The notes under the pieces: generated by a model
Told to the model about the DNA's origin: nothing
Seen by the model: only the letters and a program-made list of their open reading frames with translations
Database searches by the model: none
Part shown: one piece after another, positions 1 to 11,071 of the stretch
Layout of the letters: each line of letters opens with the position of its first letter
How positions within the stretch are numbered: position 1 is the first letter of the stretch
Position numbers and translations under genes: made by a program
Assembly (NCBI GenBank): GCA_963740845.1
Contig: CAVUFM010000018.1
Location: forward strand, 345,056-409,055
From: an uncultured Solirubrobacterales bacterium
Lineage (GTDB): Bacteria > Actinomycetota > Thermoleophilia > Solirubrobacterales > 70-9
Direction: 5' to 3'
DNA: 64,000 nt

Positions 1-330
1 CGTCGTCCTGGTCGGCTTCATCCGCCGCGTGGCGACCGATTACATGATCACCACGCGCCGGCTCTACATCAAGCACGGGATCATCTCTCGCGACGTCCAG
101 GAGACGAAGATCGAGCGCGTTCAGGACGTCAACTACCGCCAGGGCCTCCTCCAGCGGATCCTGCAGATCGGCGACGTCGACTTCGACACCGCCGCCCGGG
201 ACTCCGAGGGCGACTTCGTCTTCGCGGGCGTCGCCCAGCCCGAGCAGGTCGTCGACAAGGTCCACCACGGAACCGAGCCGCAGGCGCTGCGGCACTCCGA
301 GGACACGACGTCCTCAGGCCTCGGCGACTA
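1..330 (+). CDS. C-terminal part of a bacterial PH-domain (bPH_2/YdbT-like) membrane protein; 5' end lies outside the window
   Basis: ORF 29..784 begins ...[72 protein letters not shown], a typical bPH_2 C-terminal signature. The real stop is unclear because high GC keeps the frame open; it converges on the metK 3' end. Confidence 0.4.
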
Positions 331-1671
331 CCGCAACGACGACCCGCCGCCTGCCGCCGCCGCGCTGCGCGCGGGCCGCGACGCCCGGAGGCCGCGGAAT
401 GCGCGTTCTCCGCGCGGCTCCCTCGAAGACCGCGGCGGCCTCGACCCCGGCGGCCTCGCGCAGCGCGTCGACGCGGTCGGTGCGCTCCCAGGTGAAGCCC
501 TCGCCGCCGTCCTCGCGGCCGAAGTGGCCGTAGGCGGCGGTGCGCTGGTAGATCGGCCGGTGCAGGTCGAGGTAGCGGCGGAACGCGCCCGGGCGGAGGT
601 CGAAGACCTCGCGGACCGCAGCGGTCAGCTTGACGTCGGAGACCTTGCCGGTGCCGAACGTCTCGACCATGATCGAGACGGGGTGGGAGACGCCGATCGC
701 GTAGGCGACCTGGACCTCGCAGCGGTCGGCGAGGCCGGCGGCGACGACGTTCTTGGCGACGTAGCGTGCGGCGTAGGCGGCTGAGCGGTCGACCTTCGAG
801 GGGTCCTTGCCGCTGAAGGCGCCGCCGCCGTGGCGGGCGGCTCCCCCGTAGGTGTCGACGATGATCTTGCGGCCGGTGAGGCCGGCGTCGCCGACGGGGC
901 CGCCGATGACGAACTTGCCGGTCGGGTTGATCAGCAGGGACTCGCGCAGCGACTCCGCGTCGTACATGTCGGCGTGATCGGCGTCGAGCACGGGCTTGAT
1001 CACGTGCTCCCAGAGGTCGTTCTCGATCTGGGAGTGCTCGGCCTCGGGGCCGTGCTGGGTGGAGATCAGGACGCGGACGATCTCGACCGGGACGCCGTCG
1101 CGATAGCGGATCGTCACCTGGGTCTTGCCGTCGGGACGGAGGTAGTCGAGGGTGCCGTCCTTGCGGACCGCGGCGAGGCGATGGGCGAGCTCGTGCGCGA
1201 TCTGGATCGGCATCGGCATCAGCGCCTTGGTCTCGTTCGTCGCGTAGCCGAACATCATTCCCTGATCGCCGGCGCCGGCCTTCTCGATCTCCTCCTCCTC
1301 GGAGCCCTCGCGGACCTCGAGGGCCTCGTCGACGCCCTGGGCGATGTCGGGGGACTGCTCGTCGATCGCGCTGAGGACGGCGCAGCTCTTGGCGTCGAAG
1401 CCGAACTCGCCCTGGTTGTAGCCGATGCGGTCGATCGTCTCGCGAGCGATCTTCTGGATGTCGACGTAGGCGGAGGTCGAGATCTCGCCGCTGACGACCA
1501 CGAGGCCCGTGTTCACGAGCGTCTCGCAGGCGACGCGGCCCGTCGGGATCCTCGGCGAGGATGGCGTCGAGGACGCCATCGGAGATCTGGTCGCACATCT
1601 TGTCGGGGTGACCCTCGGTCACCGACTCCGACGTGAACAGATGCTCGTTGTCGGCCAGCTCGATCTCGGTC
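314..1671 (-). CDS. metK: S-adenosylmethionine synthetase, interrupted by a 1-nt frameshift near 1540
   Basis: N-terminus [43 protein letters not shown] is in the frame of ORF 129..1868. The rest ([19 protein letters not shown]...[13 protein letters not shown]...) is in ORF 314..1579. Hand translation gives gaggatcccgacgggc cgc gtc gcc tgc gag, one extra nucleotide. The RBS GAGGAA lies upstream of the ATG at 1671. Confidence 0.85.
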
Positions 1672-1728
1672 ATCTCTTTTCGGTTCCTCGCTTCAGCGGT
1701 TTGATCCTGATTTCGTGAACGGGGAATG

Positions 1729-3361
1729 CTATTCGGACCCGAGCGCGGCGGCATCGGGGGCGACTTCCTGCGGATCCCCGAGGGTGAGGTTGATGTCGGT
1801 GCGGACGATGTCGCTGGAGTCGTCCACGGCGACCGCGGCCGCCTGCAGCGTCCGCAGATCGGGCGCAATGCGCGCGTAGGCGGGATCCGCCGCGAGGCCT
1901 GCCTGCTCGCCGAGCGCGAGCAGGTCGCGAAGGTCCAGGTAGGCGATCATCGAGACCTCGGAGGGCATTCCCTCCGTCACTCCGAGGAAGTCAGGGGACT
2001 CGGCGAGGCCGTCCCCTCCAGCGCGCGCCTGGGCGACGCCGAGCGGCTTCGTCGCGGCGACGAGGCGGTCGTCGTAGGTCGCGTAGGTGAGATCGACGTT
2101 CGAGCTGACGTTGAGCGACTGCGCCTCGATCCCGGCGATCTGCAGCGGCTCGAAGACCGCGACCTGCCCCGCCGCCTCGCCACCGCGCGGCGCGAGTGCC
2201 TCGGTCAGCGGCTTCTGCAGATCGGCGAGGTCCTGCGCGGCGGCCTTGCTGTCGACGCCCTTGGCGAGGACGCTGACGTACGGCACGCCCGCGGGCGCGA
2301 CGACTCCGGGCGTCTGCGTCGGTGCCTCCTCCGCCACCGGCTCGACCGACAGCGCCGCCTCGGTTCCCAGCAGCGGCAGCAGGTCGTCGGTGATGCTCAC
2401 CCCGCCGGACTTCCTGAGGTCCTGCTCGGCGTCGTTGAAGGCGCGGGCGAGCGCGGGCGCTTCGACCTGCGCCCGGGAGAGCAGCGACTCGACGCTGGTC
2501 GCCGGACCGCCGAGGCCGACGTAGGCGAGGGCGTCGGCGCCGACGTCGGAGGCGAGGGTCGGCTCGAACTGCGGCAGGGCGGAGAAGAAGCCCGGGTTGT
2601 CGCCGACGAGCTCGGGGTCCTGGTCGCTGCGGATCGTCAGCGAAGCGCGGCCCCCCTCGAAGCCGAGGGACGCGACGACCCCGCTGGTGCCCGCGGCGTT
2701 CACGAACGTGTTGAGGGGCGAGAGCGCGGGCTCCGAGGCGATGAGCGCACGGGCGCCGTCGCCGGAGAGGAAGGCGTAGGCGAAGCGATCGTCGGGAAGG
2801 TCGTCGATCCCCGACGCGACGGCGGCGGTGGCGAGGCTCCCGGCGTCCTCCTCGATCATCGCCGTGACGGCGTCCTCGCCGCCGATGATCAGGAACCCGT
2901 CCAGCAGCGCGTAGGCGCGTCCGTCCTCGCCGACGTTGACCTCGACACCACCGACCTCGAGATCGCTCCCCTCGCCGACCACGCCATCGGCGAAGTCGCG
3001 GGCGGCGTCGTCGTCCTCGGCCTCGATCAAGGTCACCGTCGGGTCCTCGAGCGCGGAGGGCAGCACCGCGATCGCCGCCTCGTCGCCGGCCCACGGCGAG
3101 ATCTGGGAGGCGAAGTTGACGGGGGTGCCGTCGACCTTCGAGACCGAGCCGAGGGCGAGGCTCCCGAGCAGCGGGCAGCTGCTCCGCGTAGGCCTTCGCC
3201 GCGGCGAGCTCGCCGCTCTCGGGGTCGATGTCCACGTGCGCGTAGGCGAGGGCATCGGCGGGGACGAGCTCGATCGCGCTGTCCTCGGCCGGGCAGGCAT
3301 CGCCGCCCGGCGCGCCACACGGAGCCGCGGGGATCAGGACCCAGATGACGATCGCGACCAC
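1729..3361 (-). CDS. secreted or lipoprotein of unknown function (DUF3352-like), frameshifted near 3180
   Basis: Signal peptide with Cys ([20 protein letters not shown]) starts ORF 1991..3361. The body continues in ORF 1729..3318 ([20 protein letters not shown]...). The junction EQLP|LLGS is one nucleotide out of frame. Confidence 0.55.
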
Positions 3362-3949
3362 CGGCCGCGACGATCGCGCCGGCGGCGATCCGCTGACGGG
3401 CGACCGTCGGCAGCCCCTGCCAGCGGTGGGTGACGGCAGCGCTGCCGGCGGCGACGCGAAGGCGGGCCGGCCTTGGCGAGGGCCGAGGCGCGATCGCCCA
3501 GCCCGGGCTCGGCGCCCGCCGGAGCGGCGGCCTTGCCGGGGTCGGCCGGCGCGTCCGGCTTCTTCGGCTCAGCCGCGGCATCGGGCCTTGCCGGGCGCTG
3601 GAGGCGCTGAGGCGAGCGTCCTCGGTCGGCTCGGCCGGCTCGGACGCCTGCGGCTTGCCCGGGGCCGTCGTGGCGGCGCTCGGCGCCGGCCGGGCGGCCC
3701 GCTCGCGGACCTCCTTGAGCCTCGTCATCAACGCCTCGCGACGGCCCGAGTTCAGATCTCCGAGGGAGAGCTGCTCACCCGTCGGTGGCTCGGGTTCGAC
3801 CTCCGGCGCTTCGGGCTCCGGGGATCCGGCTCCGGCCGGCTCCGGGCTTCCGGTGACTTCGGGGCCGGCTCGCCAGGGGTCGCCTCGGATCCGCCCCTAA
3901 AGCGCCGCAGGCGTTCAAGCGCCAGCCCGATCCGTCGCTCCCGCGCCAC
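3362..3949 (-). CDS. hypothetical Pro/Ala/Arg-rich low-complexity protein, frame-split
   Basis: ORF 3752..3949 (MARERRIGLALERLRRFRGG...) and ORF 3033..3731 (...MMTRLKEVRERAARPAPSAATTAPGKPQ...) cover the gap between der and the lipoprotein gene. The composition is low-complexity, so this is weak. Confidence 0.25.
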
Positions 3950-4006
3950 CGGGCCTTTATAGACCCATCGGGGGCGGCCCGGACCCGGTCAGGGTCCCGC
4001 CGGCGG

Positions 4007-5308
4007 CTATGTGCGCGCTCGCTTGCGCGGCACGAAGTCGATGATGAGCGGGATGCCGTCGAGGTTCAGCGCCGCGCGCAGGTGGTTCTCGAGGTAGAAG
4101 GACCAGTCCCGGTTGATCAGCTGCCGGTCGTTGACCTGGATCGCGATCCGCGGCGGCGCGTCCCCGACCTGCGCCGCGTAGTAGAGCCGCAGGCGACGGC
4201 CGCGCTTCGACGGCGGCGGCACCTTCGCGACCGCGTCGTCGACGATCCGGTTCAGCTCCGGCGTGCGGGCGCGCGAGTCGCGGCGGTCGGCGAGCTCGAG
4301 GGCCTTCGGCAGGACCTTCTGCAGGTTGCGGCCCTTGAGCGCCGACAGCGTGATCACCGGCGGGCGCAGGCGCAGGCGCCGCTCGATCCGGGCCTTCGCG
4401 TCGTCGAGGTCGAGCTCGACGATGTCCCACTTGTTGAGCGTGACGAGCGTCGCGCAGCCCGCCGACATCGCAAGCTCGCCGATCCGCAGGTCCTCGGAGG
4501 TGACCCCTTCGGAGGCGTCGACGACGAGGATCGCCACATCCGCCCGCTCCGCGGCTCGCTCGGCGCGCAGCTGGGCGTAGTAGTCGACCGAGTCGGGAAG
4601 CTTCGAACGACGGCGGATCCCGGCGGTGTCGACCAGCAGCGCCTCGCGCCCATCGAGCTCCACCCGGGTGTCGATCGAGTCGCGGGTCGTGCCGGCGACG
4701 TCGCTGACGATCGTCCGCTCCGATCCGAGCAGGGCGTTCAGGAGCGACGACTTGCCGACGTTCGGGCGCCCGAGGATCGCGATCCGCGGCAGGCCGGCGT
4801 TCCGGTCCGCGTCCCCCGGCTCGATGTCCAGGCCGACGATCCGGTCGAGGAGGTCGCCGGTGCCGAGGCCGTGCGTCGCTGAAACCGGGAGCGGCTCCCC
4901 GAGGCCGAGGCCGTGGAGATCGGCGAGGAGGTGGACGTCGCGGGGATCGTCGACCTTGTTGGCGACCAGGATCACCGGCTGCGGCGCGGCGCGGAGGAGC
5001 GCGGCGACCTCGGCGTCGCCGGGTCCGAGCCCGGCGCGCGCGTCGACGACATGCAGGATCGCGTCGGCGTCGGCGATCGCCTCGCGCGCCTGGTGCTGGA
5101 CCGACCGCGAGAGCGAGTCCTCGGCGGACATGTCGACCCCGCCCGTGTCGATCAGGGTGATCGGCAACCCGTTCCACTCCGTGTCGATCTCCTTGCGATC
5201 GCGGGTGACACCGGGTTCGGCCTGGGTGATCGCCTCGCGCCCTCCCGCCAGGCGATTCACGAGCGTGCTCTTGCCGGCGTTCGGGTAGCCGACGACCGCG
5301 ACCTTCAC
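4007..5308 (-). CDS. der: ribosome-associated GTPase Der/EngA (double GTPase)
   Basis: Two G domains ([14 protein letters not shown]...DTGG ; [14 protein letters not shown]...DTAG) plus a C-terminal KH-like domain; 433 aa. Confidence 0.95.
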   Translation of the reverse strand: MKVAVVGYPNAGKSTLVNRLAGGREAITQAEPGVTRDRKEIDTEWNGLPITLIDTGGVDMSAEDSLSRSVQHQAREAIADADAILHVVDARAGLGPGDAEVAALLRAAPQPVILVANKVDDPRDVHLLADLHGLGLGEPLPVSATHGLGTGDLLDRIVGLDIEPGDADRNAGLPRIAILGRPNVGKSSLLNALLGSERTIVSDVAGTTRDSIDTRVELDGREALLVDTAGIRRRSKLPDSVDYYAQLRAERAAERADVAILVVDASEGVTSEDLRIGELAMSAGCATLVTLNKWDIVELDLDDAKARIERRLRLRPPVITLSALKGRNLQKVLPKALELADRRDSRARTPELNRIVDDAVAKVPPPSKRGRRLRLYYAAQVGDAPPRIAIQVNDRQLINRDWSFYLENHLRAALNLDGIPLIIDFVPRKRART

Positions 5309-5943
5309 GTCAGCCCCCGCTCGGAGGCGATCGCGGCGATGCGGTCGATCACCGCGTCGATCTCGAGGCCCGTCGTGTCGACCTCGACGGAGTCGGGCGC
5401 CGCTGCGAGGGCGCCGAGCTCACGCTCGGTGTCGCGCGCATCACGCTCGCGCTGGGCGACGAGGACCGCGCCGGCGTCCTCCCCGCTCTCGCCGGCTCGG
5501 CGGCGCGCGCGCTCCTCGTCGGAGGCGGTGAGGAAGACCTTCAGCGGGGCCTCCGGGTAGACGACCGTGCCGATGTCGCGACCCTCGGCGACCCAGGCGC
5601 CGTGCTCGAGGAGATGGCGCTGCCGCTCGACCATGGCCTCGCGAACACCGCGATGAACGGAGACGCGAGAGGCGACGGCGGTCACCTCGGGGGTGCGGAT
5701 GGCCGCGGTGACGTCCTCGTCGCCGACGGAGATGGTGCGGCCGTCCATGCCGATGTCGAGCTCCTGCGCCAGCGGCTCGATCTCAGCGGCGGAGTCCGGG
5801 TCGGCGCCGGCGCGGACGGCGAGCAGCGCGACGCTCCGGTACATGGCCCCGGAGTCGAGGTACGTGGCACCGAGGCGCTCGGCGAGCGCCCTGGCAACAG
5901 TGGATTTTCCGGCCCCGGCGGGACCGTCGATGGCGATGACCAT
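5305..5943 (-). CDS. cmk: cytidylate kinase
   Basis: [36 protein letters not shown]... is a Cmk signature. It overlaps the der start by 4 nt. Confidence 0.9.
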   Translation of the reverse strand: MVIAIDGPAGAGKSTVARALAERLGATYLDSGAMYRSVALLAVRAGADPDSAAEIEPLAQELDIGMDGRTISVGDEDVTAAIRTPEVTAVASRVSVHRGVREAMVERQRHLLEHGAWVAEGRDIGTVVYPEAPLKVFLTASDEERARRRAGESGEDAGAVLVAQRERDARDTERELGALAAAPDSVEVDTTGLEIDAVIDRIAAIASERGLT

Positions 5944-5949
5944 GGCGCG

Positions 5950-7340
5950 AGGAGGGTAGACGGCGGTTCGGTTTTCGTGGATGCGGGGCGCTTCCACGCA
6001 TACGGTGGACGAGGCAGCCTGCGAGGCTGCGCAGGTCCGCCTCGAACGCCGCGGGTCAGCTGGACCGACTCACCGGCCGCGCCGAAGTCCTCGACCACCA
6101 CTCCCTCCTGGGACGCCAAGCCCGCGACGGCTCCCAGCATCGCCAGGCGGTGATCCCCGCGCGAGTCGACCGCGCCACCCCTCAGCCCGCCCGTCCCGGT
6201 GACCACGAAGCCGTCCGGCAACGCCTCGGCCTCACCGCCCATCGCGCGGATCGCGTCGACGACGCCGGCGATCCGGTCCGACTCCTTGTGGCGCAGCTCC
6301 TCGGCTCCGGCGACGACCGTGTCTCCCTCGGCGAAGGCTCCGAGCAGGCCGACCAGCGGCAGCTCGTCGATCGTGAGCGCCACCTCGGCCGCCTGGACGC
6401 GCGTCGCCTTCAGCGAGCCCCACCGGGCGCGGATCGTCCCGACCGGCTCACCGGCCTCGTAGGAGTCCTCGGTGACCTCGACGATCGCGCCCATCCGGTT
6501 GAGGATCCCGAGGAGCCCGATGCGCGTCGGGTTGAGCCCGACGCCCGACACGCTGACGTCGCTTCCGCGGGTGATCAGCGCGGCGACGAGGTGGAAGGCG
6601 GCGGAGGACGGATCGCCGGGAACGCTCAGATCAGGGAGCTCGAAGCCCTCGACCGGCTCGACCGAGATCGTGCCCGGCGCGGGTGAGGTCGGCAGCCCGG
6701 GCCGGCGCTCCTCGGAGACGCGGACCCCCGCCGCGCGCAGCATGCGCTCGGTGTGGTCGCGGGTCAGGGCCGGCTCGATCACCGAGGTCGGCCCCTCGGT
6801 CGCCAGCATCCCCGCGAGGAGCAGGCAGGACTTGACCTGCGCGGATGCGACGGTCAGACGGTGCTCGGCGGGCTCGAGCGGCGTGCCGATGATCGTCAGC
6901 GGCGCGAAGTCCTCGTTCGGTCGCGAGGATCTTGGCTCCCATCCGCGCCAGCGGCCTGGTCACCCTCCCCATCGGCCGGCGGCGGATCGAGGCGTCGCCG
7001 TCGAGCAGGAACCGCTCGCCTTCCTGGCCGACGAGCAGCCCGCTGATGAGGCGGATCAGCGTGCCCGCGTTGCCGACGTCGATCGGCCCCGCGGGAGCGG
7101 ACGCGCCGCGGAGGCCGAAGCCGCCGATCTCGACCTCGAGCGCGCCGTCGGCTGCGTCGAGGATGTCCACCCGGGCTCCGAGCGCCTCGACGGCCGCAAG
7201 CGTGCTCCGCGTGTCGGCGGAGTCGAGGTAGCGGGAGACCCGGGTCCGGCCCGATCCGAAGCCCCCGAGCAGCGCGGCGCGATGTGAGATCGACTTGTCC
7301 GGCGGGGCGCGGAGCGAGCCCTCGAGCGGCCCGGCGGGAT
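5950..7340 (-). CDS. aroA: 3-phosphoshikimate 1-carboxyvinyltransferase (EPSP synthase), frameshifted near 6910-6930; the C-terminal boundary is uncertain
   Basis: N-terminal half in ORF 6631..7653 (KSISHRAALLGG...GNAGTLIRLISGLL...RPMGRVTRPLARMGAKI). C-terminal half in ORF 5682..6809 (MLATEGPTSVIEP...LRHKESDRIAGVVDAIRAMGGEAE...DHRLAMLGAVAGL). Confidence 0.8.
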
Positions 7341-7355
7341 CGAAGCGCACCCCGG

Positions 7356-8444
7356 TCACGATCCGCCCGCCGGCACCGAGCTGACGGAGAGACCGAGCCC
7401 GGAGACGATCCCGGCCGCGCGCTCGGCCGCCGCGGCGCCGTCGATCCAGAGCGAGATCGCGCCGGTGCGGCCGTCCGCCGCGGGGAAGAGCGACATGTCG
7501 GCGATGTTGACCCCGGCGTTGCCGAGGGCGAGGGCGATCTCGGCGACGATGCCGGGCTGGTTCTGGACCGCGACCCGCAGCTCGGTCAGCTCGCCGGTGC
7601 CGACGTGCTCGGCGAGCAGCCGCCGGCGCTCGTCGCGAACCGATCCCTGCCACTCCGCGAGCGCCTTCCGGTCGCCGCTGCGGATCAGCTCCCCCGCTTC
7701 GCGCAGGCGCTCTGCCGCGACGTCGATCTCCGCCGCGATCGCCTCGGAGTTCGAGCTGAAGATGTCGGCCCAGATCGCCGGGTTCGCGCCGGCGACGCGG
7801 ACGGAGTCGCGGAAGCTGCGGCCGACCTCGGCCCGGCGGTCGGTCTCGTCTCCCAGCGAGCCCGAGGCCACCGCGACCAGCACGTTGGCGAGGACGTGCG
7901 GAAGGTGGCTGACCATCGCCATCTCGCGATCGTGAACCGAGGCCTCGATCGCCTGCGGCCGAGCGCCGAGGTCGTCGAGCAGGCGGCGCAGGCGCTCGAA
8001 CAGGACGCCCTCCGAGCTCGGGCCGGGCGTCAGGTACCAGCGGGCACCGTCGAAGAGGTCCGCGCGGGAGCCCTCGACCCCCGCGGTCTCGGCGCCGGCG
8101 AGCGGGTGGCCGCCGATGAAGCGACCCTCCCCCGCCATCGCGTCGACCAGCGCCCGCTTGGTCGAGCCGACGTCGGTGACCACGGTGCCGTCGCCGGTGG
8201 CGGCCAGCGCCTCGGCGACGAGCGCCGGCAGGGCGACGACGGGCGCGGCGCAGAAGACGACGTCCGCTCCGTCGACGGCCTCGGCGACCGAGCCCGCGGC
8301 GCGGTCGAGCGCGCCGAGGTCGAGCGCACGCTCAGCGCCGCCGGCTCCGGGATCGAAGCCGACGACCTCGGCTTCGAGGCGGTTGCGTGCCGCAAGGCCG
8401 ATCGAGCCCCCGATCAGCCCCACGCCGAGGACAGCGATGCGCAT
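7356..8444 (-). CDS. tyrA: prephenate dehydrogenase with C-terminal ACT domain
   Basis: MRIAVLGVGLIGGSIGLAARN... Rossmann fold, PDH core (HPLAGAETAG), ACT-like tail; 362 aa. Confidence 0.9.
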   Translation of the reverse strand: MRIAVLGVGLIGGSIGLAARNRLEAEVVGFDPGAGGAERALDLGALDRAAGSVAEAVDGADVVFCAAPVVALPALVAEALAATGDGTVVTDVGSTKRALVDAMAGEGRFIGGHPLAGAETAGVEGSRADLFDGARWYLTPGPSSEGVLFERLRRLLDDLGARPQAIEASVHDREMAMVSHLPHVLANVLVAVASGSLGDETDRRAEVGRSFRDSVRVAGANPAIWADIFSSNSEAIAAEIDVAAERLREAGELIRSGDRKALAEWQGSVRDERRRLLAEHVGTGELTELRVAVQNQPGIVAEIALALGNAGVNIADMSLFPAADGRTGAISLWIDGAAAAERAAGIVSGLGLSVSSVPAGGS

Positions 8445-8487
8445 CGAGCCAGCCTAGATGGACCGGGGCCCGCGCCGGAGTCACCGC

Positions 8488-9288
8488 TCAGGCGGCGACC
8501 CCGGTCCCCTTCCCGGCCAGCTCAGCCGCGCGGCGGACGCGATCGGCGTACTCGGCGAAACCATCGGTGGGAAGCGACTGCGGTCCGTCGCAGATCGCGT
8601 TGTCGGGATCGTTGTGGACCTCGACGATCAGCCCATCGGCGCCGGCCGCTGCCGCGGCGAGCGACATCGACTCGACCCAATCGCGGCGGCCCGCCGCATG
8701 GCTCGGGTCGACGATCACCGGCAGGTGGGTCATCTCCTTCAGCGCCGGGATCGCCAGCAGGTCCAGCGTGAACCGGTAGGCCGTCTCGTGGGTGCGGATC
8801 CCGCGCTCGCAGAGCATCACCCGCTCGTTGCCCTCCTTGAGGATGTACTCGGCCGCGCTCAGCAGCTCGGCGAGCGTCGCCGAGAGCCCGCGCTTGAGCA
8901 GCACGGCGCAGTCGGTTCGGCCGATCTCGGTGAGCAGCGAGTAGTTCTGCATGTTGCGCGCGCCGACCTGGATCACGTCGGCGACCCCGACGACGTCCTC
9001 GACGTCACGGACATCGAGCAGCTCGGTGACGATCGGGAGACCCGTCTCCTCCTTCGCCTCGGCGAGCAGCCGCAGACCCTCCTGACCGAGCCCCTGGAAC
9101 GAGTAGGGCGAGGTCCGCGGCTTGTAGGCGCCCCCGCGGAGCATGTCGGCGCCGCCCGCGGCGACGGAGTCGGCGACCGCAAGCATCTGCTCGCGGCTCT
9201 CGACGGTGCATGGGCCGGCGATCAGCGTGAAGCCGTCGCCACCGACTCGTCGGCCGCCGACTTCGATCTCGTTCGTCTTGGTCTTCAT
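8488..9288 (-). CDS. 3-deoxy-7-phosphoheptulonate (DAHP) synthase, type I-beta (KDO8P-synthase-like)
   Basis: GPCTVESREQMLAVA...LRGGAYKPRTSPYSFQGLG...VIVDPSHAAGRRDWV are conserved AroF/KdsA-family motifs; 266 aa. Confidence 0.85.
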   Translation of the reverse strand: MKTKTNEIEVGGRRVGGDGFTLIAGPCTVESREQMLAVADSVAAGGADMLRGGAYKPRTSPYSFQGLGQEGLRLLAEAKEETGLPIVTELLDVRDVEDVVGVADVIQVGARNMQNYSLLTEIGRTDCAVLLKRGLSATLAELLSAAEYILKEGNERVMLCERGIRTHETAYRFTLDLLAIPALKEMTHLPVIVDPSHAAGRRDWVESMSLAAAAAGADGLIVEVHNDPDNAICDGPQSLPTDGFAEYADRVRRAAELAGKGTGVAA

Positions 9289-9586
9289 CTCAATGCCTTC
9301 CGGGAAGTGGTACTCGCGAGTCCTTGGTGACCCGCATGGGGTCCGGTGACGGCGTCCGGTGATGAGCTCGAGGGCTCAGAAATTCGGTTGGGCCGAGGCC
9401 CAGGCCGGACGCCTAGCTAAATCGCGGATACCAGAGCCAGGAATGCGCGCGCGACGAGAGGACCGGGGTCCCGGCGTCGGAGGTGATGCTGCACATGCGG
9501 CTCATCGGTCCGGCAGTTCTAGCAGGGGCGGGAGACGGGAGTCAACCCCGTGGGCGCTGACGCGGGCGCCCTCCCGCCATCTGGGC

Positions 9587-10683
9587 TCAGAGCAGATCAC
9601 GCAGCGCGCTCAGGAAGCGCTGGTTCTCGGCCGGGGTCCCGTAGGTCACGCGGATGTGACCGGGACCGCCGAGCAGCTCGCCCGAGCGGACGATCACGCC
9701 GGCGCGACCGAGGCCCTCGACGATCGCCGCCTCGTCGCGGTCGCCGAGGTTGATCCAGGAGAAGTTGGTCTGGGTCTCGGAGGTGGTCAGGCCCATCTCG
9801 TGGAGCGCCTCCTCCATCTCGACCCGCTCGATGATCGTCTTCTCGACCCGGTCGACGACGTCGTCGCCGTGCAGGAGCGCTTCGGCCCCGGCTGCCTGAG
9901 CGAGCAGGTTGATGCTGAAGGGCTGGCGGACGGCATCGATGCCGGCGCGGAAGCGGGCGGAGCCGAGTGCGTAGCCGCAGCGGAGGCCGGCCATGCCGTA
10001 GACCTTGCTGAAGGTGCGCAGCAGCACGAGGTTGTGGAACCTCCGCAGCAGATCGGTGCTCGCGTCGGGGTCGTCGAGGATCTGCATCTCGACGTAGGCC
10101 TCGTCGAGGATCACGGTGACGTGGCTCGGGACCCGCTCGAGGAACGCCTCGATCTGGGAGACCGGGAGCGCCGTTCCCGTGGGGTTGTTCGGGTTGCAGA
10201 CGATCACGAGCTGCGTGGCGACGGTGACCTCCGCCGCCATCGCGTCGAGGTCGTGCTCGTAGCGGTCGTTGAGCGGAACGGGGACCTCCCGCGCGCCCGA
10301 GAGCGGTCCCAGCTGCGGGTACATCGAGAACGACGGCCACGCGTAGACGATCTCGTCACCGGGCTCGCAGAGGGCGAGGGCGGCGGCGAGGAGGATCTCG
10401 CAGGAGCCGTTGGAGACGGCGATCCCTCCCGGATCGAGCCCGAAGCGGTCGGAGAGCCGGCTGCGGAGAAGGGCCGCGTGTTGGTCCGGGTAGCGGTTGG
10501 AGCTCGCCGCCGCGGCGCCGACCGCCTCGAGGACCTTCGGGTGCGGGCCCCACGGCGACTCGTTCGAGGCGAGCTTGATGATGTCGGAGGACTCGAAGGT
10601 GCGGCGAGCGCGCTCGAGGTCCATCCCGCCCTCGTAGTGGGGCAGGGCATCGACCCGCTTCGAGTATCGGATGCTGCTCATTG
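9587..10683 (-). CDS. hisC: histidinol-phosphate/aromatic aminotransferase (class II PLP aminotransferase)
   Basis: ...NPNNPTGTALP...TFSKVYGMAGLRCGYALG... is a HisC-family signature. The start MSSIRYSKR overlaps the aroH stop (ATGA). Its place in the aro cluster suggests a role in Phe/Tyr synthesis. Confidence 0.85.
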
Positions 10684-11056
10684 CGCCGCGGCGATGTCGG
10701 AGCGCAGGCCGGCCGCCGCTCCAAGGTAGGTGTGGGCGGGCTTGCTGTCGGCGGGCGCGTAGTAGTGGACCATCGTCCTGATCACGCGCGGCATCGAGCC
10801 GGGAACGTCGAGCTCGCGGGTGCAGAGGAGCGGGACGTCGTTCAGCCCCAGGGCCCGCGCCGCCACCGCGGGGAACTCGGCGTTGAGGTCCTCGGTGCAG
10901 GTCAGGATGCAGGAGATCATCTGCTCGGGCTCGAGCTCGTTGCGGGCGATCATCTCCCGCAGCAGGGAGTCGGTCGCAGCCAGGATCGACTCGCGGTCGT
11001 TCCGCGTCGGCCTGAACGGCGCCGCGCAACGCGAAGACGCGCTCGGTGGCGCTCAC
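10678..11056 (-). CDS. aroH: monofunctional chorismate mutase (AroH class), 1-nt frameshift near 11000
   Basis: N-terminus VSATERVFALRGAVQADAER (GTG start at 11056) then a frame jump into ESILAATDSLLREMIARNELEPEQMISCILTCTEDLNAEFPAVAARALGLNDVPLLC...VHYY. Hand translation shows one extra base at gaacgaccgc|gagtcg. Confidence 0.65.
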
Positions 11057-11071
11057 CGGTCCTCCCCCTCT

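Noticed and set aside
29-784. Extending the bPH-domain ORF to 784
   Set aside because: Beyond about position 330 the translation becomes a Pro/Arg/Ala low-complexity run that overlaps the well-supported metK on the opposite strand; likely read-through of an open frame.
1672-1728. SAM riboswitch upstream of metK
   Set aside because: Only 57 bp of spacer, containing just an RBS (GAGGAA); too short for SAM-I or SAM-IV.
129-1868. Long ORFs overlapping real genes on either strand or in other frames (129..1868 -, 830..1636 +, 1726..3348 +, 3957..5177 -, 17116..19293 +, 19283..21199 +, 36177..38408 + upstream part, 50278..52929 - downstream part)
   Set aside because: Arg/Ala/Pro/Gly-rich low-complexity translations typical of stop-codon-poor frames in about 72% GC DNA; each overlaps a gene with a clear conserved-family signature.
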